Positions 1 through 12,683 of a DNA stretch of 64,000 nucleotides are shown here, one piece after another (the stretch's first letter is position 1; every line of letters begins with the position of its first letter). The stretch is from NCBI GenBank assembly GCA_023213395.1, contig CM041465.1:92077741-92141740 (forward strand), given 5' to 3'. A program made the position numbers and the translations under genes. Below the pieces are notes generated by a model. It had not been told where the DNA came from and searched no databases. It saw only the letters and a list, made by a program, of their open reading frames with translations. The stretch is from Cycas panzhihuaensis. Taxonomy: Eukaryota; Plantae; Cycadophyta.

Positions 1-1338
1 CAAGAAAAATACATCAATGATTTTCTAACTAAGTTTTAGTTAGAAGATGCTCAACCAATAGCTTTACTTATGGATCCTAATGCCAAACTCTTAGTTGATG
101 GTGACACTAGGGAGGTAGACACAACACTATATAAGAAACTTGTAGGTAGTCTCATCTACACTACCAATACAAGGCCCAATATTGCACACTCTATCATCAT
201 TCTTACATGATTCATGATAAATCCTAAGCAAAATCACTGGTAGGCTACAGTTCAAGTGTTAAAATTCCTAAAGACAACTAGCAAATTAGGTATGTTGTAT
301 GAACCGAATAATGAATTTAAGCTTTCTACATACATAGACTCAAACTTTATAGGATATAAAGATATAAGAAGATCTATGTCTAAGTAGTTTCTTGGAATAA
401 CACTAATATCATGGAGATCCAGATGGCAAAAGATAGTTATTGATTCAACTATCGAAGCTAAATACATTACTACTTCTGAGACTAACAAGGAGGTGATATG
501 GCTTAGAAAATTATTGGAAACATTGAATATCACCAAAACAAGTCCTACCGGCCTTCGTTTGGATAATTAATCAGTAATCCACATGGTGAAAAATCTTATA
601 TTTCATGATCATGCTAAACACATAAGTACAAAAGTCCATAGGATTAGAGAACTTGTTCATGATGACATAATTCAACTGGAATACTATCTCATAGTAGATC
701 AAGTGGCTAATATCTTCACTGAATCATTGTAAAACAGATAGATTAAGTTGTAAATATTTAAGTTACTGATATCTTCACTATGGAGACTTAATAGATTAAG
801 TTGTAAACATTTAAGTTACTTGGTTATTAGGCTATATCAAAGAGCCACCTTATTCATTTTGATTTATAAAAGGGGCTATAGATCTTAAAAACTTTGTGGG
901 TTTTTATTTCCCATGATGGTTTTCTAACGAAAGTGTCATTTAGAATGTCAATATAATAATAAGGCTCAAATGAAGACCTCATAGAATAGATTTTCTCAAA
1001 ATGACCTTTCACCAATAAGGGGGGGATTGAAAGAGGTTAATGTATTAAGGTCATTTTTATAGATTAATTAAGTGACCTTAATATATATTATTAGCATTAG
1101 TCTCTTAGTGAAATACACTTTATATACATTAAGATGTAATTTCAGGTTCATGTCATTAGGCAGGAAAATCTTAACCCTAATGCTTACCCTCAATAATAAA
1201 AGGTGAAATCTTAAGGAGGGAGTCATTATTCATTCTCGCCTCCAAGCTTTCTCTCATATCTCGTTTCATCTCTTTTTCATTCTCCATTGCCATTATATAC
1301 ATGTGAGTGATTTATTCCCTAGATCCATCCTTCCTTCA
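1..1338 (+). mobile_element. Ty1/copia family A, copy 0: end of RT, RNase H, 3' UTR, PPT and 3' LTR (runs off the window start)
   Basis: 1-730 translates to decayed RT/RNase H and is co-linear with 59730-60460. PPT AAGGGGGGG at about 1017-1025. LTR TGAAAGAGG...TTCCTTCA at 1028-1338 matches the LTRs at 53688 and 60973. Confidence 0.93.
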
Positions 1339-1343
1339 CATTA

Positions 1344-2240
1344 AAACCTTTATCCTGTTGTAGGATTCTTCTCTAATCTTTGAACTCTTTATTACATGCA
1401 TAACTAGTCAATTAGCTTCTTATATATATATTCACATAATTAGTAGGCTCTCAATATTATCCTATACATGTATTTTTTTTTTACACAAGCTAATTAATGA
1501 TCAGCTACTCTTAACACATCATAAAATCCTCATAAATTATGGTATCATTTTATGAGAAAGACCAAAATTGTGGCCAACCTACCACAACCTTAGCTTCATA
1601 GGTTGATTAGGCCTATATCCAAAGCCCTGCTCTTAGACTCACATGCAACCTATATGTGATTTGGTAAAACATGAAAAATAACTAGTCTAAAAATGAATAA
1701 AACATGTGGAAAACCTTTATGAGATTTGAGATAACTGTAATACCTATGCTCTAGATAAATTTATTTCATAGGCACCAACATGCTCCAAACTCATGACACT
1801 AGCATACTTCCAAGTATCCTATATAACTATGGTTTAAAACCATCTATAACCTACAACAAAACTTCACTTTCTAAATAAATAATCTAATCCCCCTTATTGG
1901 TTATAAACATGAATACTAAAAAATAAGTTTAGAATAAACTATTGACAGGTAGACACGATTATAGTCTTATAGCCTAACTTGGGTCACTAAATAGACTTAA
2001 TCCAAAGCTCTTATAGGCTCACCATATAACTAAAACGCTAACTTTAATACTAATTAAAATAACATAGGTGAGTAAAACATGCTTTGATACCACTTATAAA
2101 ATCAAATACCCATACATAGGTCCAAGATCTAACAAGATTGTAAAATTAAAGACATACAGGTGAATAATAAATATAAGAATATATACAAATATATAATATA
2201 ATATACTTATAGGAAATAATCACTTCCCTTGTCTTATGCC

Positions 2241-2322
<82 letters not shown>

Positions 2323-2491
2323 GTATTTCACCACCTAGTTATGCAATCACATTCTAAGAGTTACTTAGTTAACCAATGACTATTTATAATGAAGTTGTTT
2401 GCATATAGGACTATTTAGTATACATTAAAGAAATAACCATATTGATTTACATCAATTAAATATTTATATAGGTTAATATTATTCAATAACA
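1344..2491 (-). mobile_element. LTR element family C, copy 1: 5' LTR containing (TA)n, tRNA-Met PBS and non-coding internal region, interrupted by A copy 0
   Basis: Minus-strand LTR 2491-2095 begins TGTTATTG. PBS TGGTATCAAAGC at 2092-2081. Internal 2080-1400 aligns by eye with 11660-12250. Confidence 0.8.
2243..2320. repeat. (TA)n microsatellite inside the family C LTR
   Basis: Pure TA run. Confidence 0.99.
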
Positions 2492-5255
2492 TAGTGACTA
2501 ATTTACTATTATTAAAGACAACAAAGGGATTTGTGAAGGGTGTATACTAGGTAAACAACAAAGGGAAGGTTTTTTAAATGACATCTATAGAGCTCAAGGG
2601 CCACTTCAATTATTATACATAGAATTTTATGGACTAATAAGTGTAACAGCCCTTAGAAGAGTAAGATGCTTTATGATTTTTATGAATGAATATACAATGA
2701 TGACTTGTGTGTATTTTCTCAAGTTTAAATTAGAGGAATTCTATTACCTTATTAATTTCAAAGTGATAATTAAAAGATAAAGCGATCATAAGATCTTGAC
2801 CCTTAGATTAGATAAAAATGAAGAATTCATCTCCAATGAATTCAAACAATATTATAAATACTATGGAATCATAAAAAAATTAACTAATCCTTATACCCCT
2901 TAATAAAATGAGATAGCAATAAGGAAAAATAGGATAATTATTAAGATGGCTATGATCATGCTTAAAGATAAGTATCGTGACAATGAATTTTAGGCAGAAG
3001 CTATTCATATAGTTATGTATTTATTAAAGATATGTATAATATAGATAGTAAAATAGGTCACACTTAAAGAGGCTTAGTTAATACATAAGGCTAGCATCAA
3101 ACACTTAAAGGTATTTGGGTGCATTATATATACACATGTTCCACAATTAAAAATAATAAAATTAGATGATAAAAGTACTAAGCATATATTTATAAGATAT
3201 AGTGATGCTTCAAGATCCTATAAATTATATTATCCTAAGAAAAAGAATATCATTATGAATATAGATATCATTTCTAATAAAGATGGTATTTTTAAGATAT
3301 TATTAAAAAAGATTAAAGTAAGAGTATAACAATTAATATAAAACCTACTAGAAGTGGTACAAATATAGTTATGCTAACTAATATAAGTGGACTAGGTCTA
3401 TCTGTTTCAAACCAAACTAATAGAAAGGTTCCAAAGTGGGTTCAAAGGGGTCACATTCCTTAAGACATTTTAGACACAAACTTTCAAAAAATAACTACTT
3501 AATATTAAAGTGTAAACTTTGCCTTGATGACAGAAGTAATAAAGAGCAATTAACCTCAAAGCTTTGAAGAGGAAAATACCTAAGATAAGTAGAAGGCAAC
3601 TATGAAGGAGGAGTGTAGTGCCTTTGTGAAAATTAAAATATAAGAGTTAGTTGACTTGTTGCTAAAGAAAAATACAATTAAAACAAAAATAGGTCTATAA
3701 GACTGGATCAATCTACTACAAGGCCTGACTAGTTAACTATATGGTTGGATAATTTTTGTATAAGGCCTTGTAGTAAGAATAGAAATAGTCAAATTAATCA
3801 TGGCCTTAGGTATACAACATGGTTAGATAATTCATCAAATAGATGTAAAGAGTGCCTTCTTGAATGGGTTTAAATCTATGTCTAATAACTTAAGGATTTT
3901 AAAGTAAAAGGTAATGAACATAAGATTTATAGAGTAAAGAAGACCTTGTATGGACTCAAATACATATATAAACCATGGTACTCTAGGATTAACAGTTACT
4001 TCAAGAATAAAAGATTCCTAAGAATTTAATCAGACTCCAACTCCTATATTAAGTTGGAAGAAAATTCAATATTAATTGTGGGTTTATACATTAATGACCT
4101 TATATACACTAAGAATTATGATTTCTTGTCCCAAGAATTTAAGACAAATATGTATGAAGAGTTTTAAATAATAGATTTAGGACTTATAACAAGATGAGAA
4201 AGAGATCTTTGTATCACAAAGGAAGTATACATTAAATATGCTACATAAGTTTAACATGGATAGTTGTAAGCCTCTAGAGACACTAATAGAAGTTGGGTTA
4301 AAATTATTTAAGTATGAAGAGTCTAAATTAAATTGACCCTACTCTTTATAAGCAATTGAATGAGAGCCTTATTTACTTAATTTCAACTTAATTAGATATC
4401 ACATATATAATTAATGTGGTTTCCATATTCATACATGATCCTAACATAAAACATTGACAAATAATAAAAGGAATTCCTAGGTATCTCAATGATACTATTG
4501 GATATGGTCCTTACTACAAATCATTATATGATCATAGATTGATTGATTATATAATCCTAAATTAGGTAGGCTATGTAAATCATAAAAAATATGCTTTATG
4601 TTATACTTTTAATTTAGGAATAATAGTAGTTATATAGTGTTTAAAGAAGTAATCAACAATATCTCTTTCTACTACATAAGTAGAGTACAAGACAACTATA
4701 ATAAGAATATCTAAAATAATTTATCTTAAAAGGTTATTTCAAGATCTATAGAAAGAAGAAGTTATTCCCACATAGTTATTTTGTAATAATTAAAGTACCA
4801 TTTAGATGACTAAGAATCTAATGTTTTATAATAGGACTACACACATAGAAATGCAATATCATTTTATTAAGGAATTAATACATCAAATAGAATTGGAGTT
4901 AGTCTACTACAACATAGAGGAATAGGTGGTAGACATATTCATAAAAGTTCTCAAGTAGGCAAAGTTTATCAAATTCAAAGATAAACTTGGAGTGTCCCAA
5001 AATGGGTATTATGGGGTAGAAATATTAGGATAATTCCCATATTGGGGTAATATTTTATCTATGTGGTAGTACATTTTGATACTTGTTAATAGTAATCAAT
5101 GATTGAACTTGAGGTATATGCTAGAACCCTTAAAGTCTTGCCTATATTTTCCATGGGGTTGTTAAACTTGTTATTCATTAATACCACCTTTCTTACAAAC
5201 TATTTATTTATTTTCTTGCTTGTTCTTTCATATGTGTATTTTCTTTTACCTTTAA
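2492..5255 (+). mobile_element. Ty1/copia element B: decayed integrase, RT, RNase H, PPT and 3' LTR
   Basis: ICEGCILGKQQRE at about 2530, HLKVFGC at about 3100, IHQIDVKSAFLNG at about 3830, THIEMQYHFIKE at about 4840. Purine tract at about 5011-5022, then an LTR from 5023 (TA for TG) to about 5255 that resembles 19157-19447. Many stops and frameshifts. Confidence 0.88.
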
Positions 5256-5265
5256 GATACCAACA

Positions 5266-6790
5266 AAGAGAGTTTATGAGTTGAACAACATATAGACGTT
5301 CTTTAAATAAAAGATCACAATTGAGAAAAAGAAAGTAAAACTTGCATGCACCAAATTGAAGGGTCATGTAATAATATAGTGGGATCACCTATAGAAAGAG
5401 AGTATAAGAAAAGAAAGGATGAAGTTAGAACTTGAAATAAGATGGTAAAGAAATTAAAGGAGAAATTCTTTCAAGTGGGCTACTCCCAAACTTTATTCAG
5501 AAATTTATAAAACTTAAGGCAAAGGGAAATGAGTATATCTAAGATTATATATATAAATTTTATGAGATATTCATTAGAGTAAAACATGAGGAGATAGAAG
5601 AGTAGATGACTACCATGTATGTAAATGGCCTGAATCTTTCTATTCAAGATAAATTAAGCATACTTAGGATTAATAGTATTGAAGATGCCTATTAATTTAC
5701 ATTAAAGAAATAGGATAAACAAAATAAAAGTCTTTCTCAAGAATCACCTATGATAACAATAGGTATATCACCCCATTCATAGGTAGGAATGGATTTAATT
5801 ATTCCCATATAGAGTCATCTAATCAGATGGAGAGGTAGGATGATATAAGGTAAGGCACAACCTTAAGGAGATAAGAGCCAAGAGGATTCTAAAACTAGCT
5901 AAGAAGTAGATGTTTCAAAGAATCATAAAAAGGTAGAGGGTTTGGCGAGGAGGTAATACATTAAGAATGTGTATTATTTTCTTTATATGTAATGAAGAAG
6001 GTAATAAAGCATTTTAATATCTGTATCATTATGATCAATCAAGAAACCAATGGGAGTAACCAAGAGTGAATTTGGTTTGAGCAAAGGAACAACATGCAAA
6101 AATTACAATAGATATAGGGGAGAACTTGAGATTAAGAAGAACTTTGATTTCTCTAAAACAAGGTTAAGCATAGAATGAAGGAAAAATAAAGATAAGTGAT
6201 GATGTATGGTTACACAATAATATCTTCTGGATGAGATGCACCTCTGGAGGTAAGATTTATAAAATTATTATCAATAGTGGTACTTGTAAAAGCATGGTTT
6301 CCTATGAGATGGTGGAAAAACTAGGCCTATAATATTAAAGGAATTTAGCACCCTACTAAACTCCTTAGGTGAAAAAATGGAGTGAAGTGACCATAGATAA
6401 ATAATATTTAGTGGAATTTACCATTAAATATACATATTAAAATGAGGTAAGGTGTGATGTCCTTATAATATATGCATGCCATGTGTTATTAGGGAGGCCA
6501 TAGTAGTATAATAGAAGTACCTATCATGATGGAAGGAAGAATACTTATGCCTTCTAAAAGGATGATGTGAAGGTGGCATTGCTAATTATGAAGGAGGAAG
6601 GTCTTGTTGAGAGCATCCTAACTATAAAAGAGTTTTTTAGGGAAGCTAATGAGATAGGGTATTATTATGCCTTAGTGGTAAATCATATAGAAGGCAATGG
6701 TGAGTAGGTGTCAATACCACATGAAGTGGATAAACTATTAGAGGAGTATAGTAATGTCATGCTTAATAAATTACCAGAAGTGTTACCATT
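5266..6790 (+). mobile_element. Ty3/gypsy (CRM/chromovirus-like) gag, zinc knuckle and protease fragment
   Basis: KVKLACTKLKGH..WD and MVKKLKEKFF (gag). CNEEGNKAF knuckle remnant at about 5990. NIFWMRC..GKIYKIIINSG..SMVS.EMVEKLGL and ACHVLLGRP (protease). Ends at LLEEYSNVM..LP before RT. Confidence 0.8.
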
Positions 6791-7091
6791 TATTTCCCAT
6801 AACTAAGGAAAGTCACAGTCATCATACTAATAGGTAAGTGAAGGTACATGCTTCATGTATTTATTTCAAGTTTTAGCTTAGTTTAGTTTAGTTTCTACTT
6901 TATTATAAATATGTACTAACATTTGCTTATTACTCTAGTAAATCAATATGTGAGTACTTAGTCAATGATGATTATAACCATTATTAGTGGACATAAAAAT
7001 TATCTGTTTGAGCTTGATAGATTGAAGAAAGGTATTTAGTACCTTTGTAATCACTTCTTACCCTTCTTCCTCTCCTGTGTTCATTATTACT

Positions 7092-7372
7092 TTACTTGAT
7101 TGCTCTTTCTAACACTTTTTTCTATTAAAACTGAGGTTTTTTAGGAATTTGTCCCAATCCTATTATGATTTCTATCTATTCAACCTTGATTCTTACTCAT
7201 CCCATTCAACTTTTTATGAGTTTATCTTGATTTACTAGCTTGCTCTTTTTTATACTTTTTCCCATCAAAATTGATGTTTTCTAGGCATTTGTCCCCATCT
7301 TATTATGATTTTAGTCTATGCAATCTTGATTCTTACTCATTCCATTTAGATTTTCATGAGTTCTACTTGTTT
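7092..7372 (+). repeat. Two-copy tandem duplication, unit about 141 bp
   Basis: TTGCTCTTT...TTTGTCCC...TTGATTCTTACTCAT...ATGAGTT occurs twice about 141 bp apart. Confidence 0.85.
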
Positions 7373-10300
7373 TAACAATTCTAACATCTTCATAATGCCA
7401 TGAAGTTTATCATAGTACTATAAAATAGAACTTTGCTATACTATGGTAAACTTTGTAGGATGAATATTTTCACTTTTAAATTTTTTTAGCCTATGGTTGA
7501 TTACATATTTATGGCATCCAACTATAGGCTAACCATCAAATCTAATCAAAACCATGGGTTTCCCATAGCTTTTGATCTAAACCATATGCCAAATAATGCT
7601 TTGGCATTAATTTACACTAAAATAATAAGTAATTTACCCATGGTTTTAGCCCATTGTATTTTGGTAAACTATAGACCCAAAACCATGGGCCTTGCTTCTC
7701 TTATTTTCTATTTAAACTCCTCTCATTTGATCAAATAGGAGAGCAAAATTTGTGAGGTTATTATGTTAGAATACTACCAAAAAATTTGTTGACTTTTCAC
7801 TTGTGTTCACAACTTATTTATTGGCTTCCCTCTTTGTCTAGAAGATTGGAGGCTAGTAGCTATTGAAGACCTTTTTTATTGGAGCTATATATCATTGGCA
7901 TCCCTCCTTCACTAAGAATTCAAGCAACAACTTCCATATTATTGGGATTTCCCTCTCTTTTCTAATTATTGCTTATTTTCTATTTTGTTATTTAAACTAT
8001 TTTATGCTTTCTTTTGTTTGGTTTCTATGAAATCCTTTACATGTTTCATTTCTTCATTGTGTGAGTGTCTTACAGGGAGATTAGAGCCTTAGTATTATCC
8101 ATTGAGCTCAAACAATGGTGGTAATAGTGTCAATTCTTAGGCTTTTTTCTACATTAACGTATTGTTAATTTTAGGTTACTACATTTTTTAATTTGTAGTA
8201 TCTTTTATTTATTGAATTTTAGGATTGTATTGTATGCTACTAATCTAGCAAGTAGAGCAACCCTCTAGCTTATTGTCATGCTAGTTGGAGGCTATTGGAA
8301 TAAATTAAAGACTTTTCTTTCTCTCATATTCTACCCACTAAAAGAAAGTTCCTACTATACAACCAAAGTGCTACCCAAATTTCATCAAAATCTCCTAAAA
8401 GGTATGACTTGAAAATTTAGTTTTAACTTCATTTTCATGTACTTCAAGTAATCTTTAAAACCTTTTTTTGTTATAACTTGATATAGTAAGTAAAAATGCT
8501 ACCAATATTTTTCTAAAAAAATTGAAGAATTAGATGTATGTAACTAACTTAGATTTGAGTTGATTAGTGGTTTGGTGTTTATGGGGTTTTCATGCTAAAA
8601 AGGTTTATGAAAATATTTGGAATGAATCTCAAGCATTCTTCTTAAAACCCTCACCCTATAGATTTTATTTCAAAATAAAAAAACTCAAAATCACACATTT
8701 TAATTTCATAGTTTCTTTTAGATAGAGAGAGAAAATATCACATTATTTGTTCATTTGTTATATCTACCTGCTTTTCTTTCTTCCTTACTTATAGTTAGTT
8801 TGATTTTAAAAGGAAAAATAACATTAAAAAAAATAGAAAAAAAAGAAGTAAATAAACATTGTATTCCATCGTATTATATTGTATTACTTGTTTATTTCTA
8901 TATGTGCTTAATAAAGGCCAAAATAAAGTATAAATTTATGTTTATTATGAGCCCTCAAATTTATGGGGTTAACACATCTCTATTTTAAGCTAGTCCTCTA
9001 CTATTTGTATTCAATTTAAAGCAGTGACCCCAATCTATTTCTCTTCTTAGAGCTTGAGGTTCATTGAAGTTATATGTAGATACTGTAAGTTACCTCACAC
9101 TTGTATGAAATGGATCAGTAGTATTGACAAGTTCCTACTAACTTATCCATGAGTGAATCTATCCTATAATCTTGACTCCTTTAGACCTCTTGCTCTAGTT
9201 AATTCTTTTCCTACTTCTATTAAATTAAGTTCATCAATTTATGGTCATTTAGGAGTTAGGTTAGGATATGTTAGTTTACCTTTAGGGTGATTAGTTACAT
9301 AGGATAAGTACATAGAAGTAGTTATATTTGGGTGCATGCACCTTAACACCCTTACATTATGAGCCCCTCTTTTGAATTTTATTTAGTCCTTTTAAATATG
9401 GCTTACTAATTGATAGATTGATTTTATCTCAATATTTTTTCTTAAGTTTATAATTTCTCTTTTATTTATTTATGCATCTAATTTTCATTTGCTTACATAT
9501 GTTATTTACTTAATTAGATAGTAACCTTGTTCTTTATTTTTAGGTTTTTCCATTCCCTTTTTTCTTTTTACATGTCACATATACATGCATGTTGTCCAAA
9601 TAGCCTAAAATATGTCGATTTTTTGTCCCTACACCCTCACAAAAGAGATGCATGAATGCCATCGCGAGGGGTGTATACTTCCACCCCTCTCAGCTTAGAC
9701 TCCCCTTGTACTTTGGGTATACTATTGGGCTACATTACATATTCTCTCCTCTCACATAATTCATCAGCAACGATATTAAGGACTTGCTAATCGGGTTTTA
9801 ATAGATATTACATTGTTGATTCCCTTTCCTTGATTCATTTAAACCATTCACTTTAGGGCAAGATTCTTGCAAGTTTATAGCATATTCATATGAGGATCTT
9901 TTACATCTTTTCTATGGCTTCAAAATCTTAGTACATATAAAGTTTTAGATCAACTTGTATCTTCCTTATTTGCCTTTCATATAGGATGATCTTTTCATTA
10001 ACTTAGAGGCCTACCTTTATAAGATTTAGATTTTTTAATCCCATCTAGCCCTTTACTTATCAAGTAATCTTCAATGGTAGGCCAACTTCTACCTGAGTGG
10101 TCCATAGACCTCTTTTAGACCCACCCACCTTATCAACCATAAGCACTTTAACAAATAGAAGACCCTTACCAAATGCAAGATCCTTACTAAGCCTATTGCC
10201 TAAGTTGGTCCTAATCAACCAATCCATATGGTCCATAAGTACCTTACCAAGAGGCAACGGACTCCACTTACTCACCTTATGAATTTGACATAATCCATTA

Positions 10301-11430
10301 GAATCTTATAAGATCCTATGCCCATGTCATTAGAGCTACTCAACCTTATGACCCTTATCAAGCCACCAAGTCATCAACTTAAGTCTTTTCTTTTGATCAA
10401 ACCCAAGTTGACAAGTAAGTCCCTAATCCATCCCACACCCAAAATACTTTATACGATACTGTAACTAGCCTTAGAGCTTAGTTTGACGTAGTTACAAGAG
10501 ATGCTACTCTAGCTTGGGCTTATTACATATTTAAACAACTCCTATCCTAATCTCATTTGTTTCCCAACTCTAATAGTAAGTAATCTCATAATAGTAGAAT
10601 GTTTCATAAGTCATGCCTTCATCTATTCCTTAACCTACCTAAGCCCCACTGACAGTAACTTTGTTTATGGTTCCCACTTCAGTGGTAGGTGCTCTAAATA
10701 TCCAACTAATTTCTTAACGTATTTCACCTACCCCTTTGATAAGTAGGCTCCATACATCTATTGTACAACCAATAGTTGCTTGGTCCAATCCATTCATTTT
10801 ATAAATTCTACTTTGGCCTTTATCTCTACTTGTAGGACCTTATGAGATGCCATGTTCTTCTCTATATCCCATTCAACCCACTTTCCAACCTGCATAATAC
10901 ACCTTCAACCCACGTGGGTATGTTACTCAGTAGTAGGGACAAGGTGGGCTTCATCCTCAACCAACTTTTGGAGTTGACCCTCTCCACTCATACAGGGTCA
11001 TACCTCTAATTAGAGGCCCATATGGGTAAAACATTATTATATATCCTTCTTCTTATTTCATTCCATCCTATTAAATTGCACTTGTAGGTGCTCAATCATA
11101 TGCTCCATCTTACCAAGTTATAGGCCTTAGCTTATACCATCTAACTAAGTACTACCTATACAATGCTATCAAACCCAACCTAGGCCCATGTGTATCCCAT
11201 CTTATGTTCTCATTTTTTAGGGACTCACTACATAAGGTAGTATTTCTTACCAACCCCTCTTTATGGTGCTTTACCCTATGGAGGACCCATGTCACATATA
11301 CCTAACCCATATGCCTAAGCAGTAGCTTCTTACTTGGTTAGGGGTCATAGTAGATACACTTATTTATGTAATTGGTCATTAGTTTACCACGTGGCTCTTA
11401 GATTATGATTGGACAACTAAGTGGTAATAT

Positions 11431-11435
<5 letters not shown>

Positions 11436-11492
<57 letters not shown>
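11436..11492. repeat. (TA)n microsatellite inside the family C 5' LTR
   Basis: Pure TA run. Confidence 0.99.
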
Positions 11493-11494
<2 letters not shown>

Positions 11495-12683
11495 TTTGGA
11501 ATAATACAATTGGAAGTGATTATTTTCTATAAGTAGCCTATGTTATATATCTGTATATATTCTTTCTTTTATTATTCAACTACATGTCTTTAATTCCATA
11601 GTTTTATTAGATCTAGGACCTATGTATAGGCATTTATTTCTAACAAGTGGTAATAGAGCCTTGGTTCAAGTCTATTTTGACCCCAGTTAGGCTATAAGGT
11701 TATTAGTGTGTTCAATTATCAAGGGTTTATTTTAAGCTTATTTTAGTATGTTTGTTTATAACCAATGAGATGGGTAGCCTATTTGTTTATCAAGTGAGGT
11801 TCTATTACAAGTTGTGGATGATTTTGAACCATAATTTTATAGGGCACTTAGAAGCATATTGGTGTCATGTGCCTAAATCATATTGGTGTGAGTGTTTATA
11901 GCATGTTGGTGTCATAAGCCTAGAGTATGTTTGTACTTATACATGAAAATTTAACTAGGGGCATAAGTGTTATGGTTATCTCAAATCCCACAAAGATTTA
12001 TGGCATATTTAATACATTATTAAACTAGTTATTTGCATGTTTTTCTAGTATACATCAAGTGTTGTAAATAAGTCTAAGAGTAGGGATTTAAATATGGGCT
12101 TGATCACCTTATAAAGCTAGTGTTGTGGTGGGTAGGTTATAATTCATCCTTCTTTCATGAATAGACCCATGATTAATGGGGCTTTTGCACCATATTGAGA
12201 GTAGTAGATGATTTGTTAGCTTGTGTTAAGGAAAATTATCATGTTTAAGGCTTTGATGTTGAGCTTGTTGATTTGTTTAAAACCTGTGCATGTGAGAAAT
12301 TATTGGCTAACTGTGGGAATACAACAAGGGGATTAGGCTTGTTGGTGCATCACCCCATCAATAAGAGCTTGAGATTGTAAGATTTAGGTGGGTGGGGCCT
12401 TTATAGCAAGCTATTATAGATGTTATAGATGGTGTTTACCATGATCATTTATTAAAGCTTGGTTGGGCACTTATATTCTTATATGTAATTACCATTTAAT
12501 GGTGAGAAGTTTTATGCCCAAATAGATCTCATGTGAATTATTATACACTCCTCTATTTATAATCTAGAACATAGATAGATGGGGTTTATGATGGAAATCT
12601 AAGAGATATGAGATATGGATAGAGGTTGTATGGTTATGATAAAGTAGCGAGGGTTTGTATGATTATGATGATGAATCAAACCA

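Noticed and set aside
252-536. Recurrent ORF MIFNVSNNFLSHI (also 39337 and 59961)
   Set aside because: Antisense shadow of the family A RT/RNase H frame.
6800-9600. Short hydrophobic ORFs as possible host exons or an env-like gene
   Set aside because: No recognisable motif; lengths and composition are as expected by chance in T-rich LTR or leader DNA.
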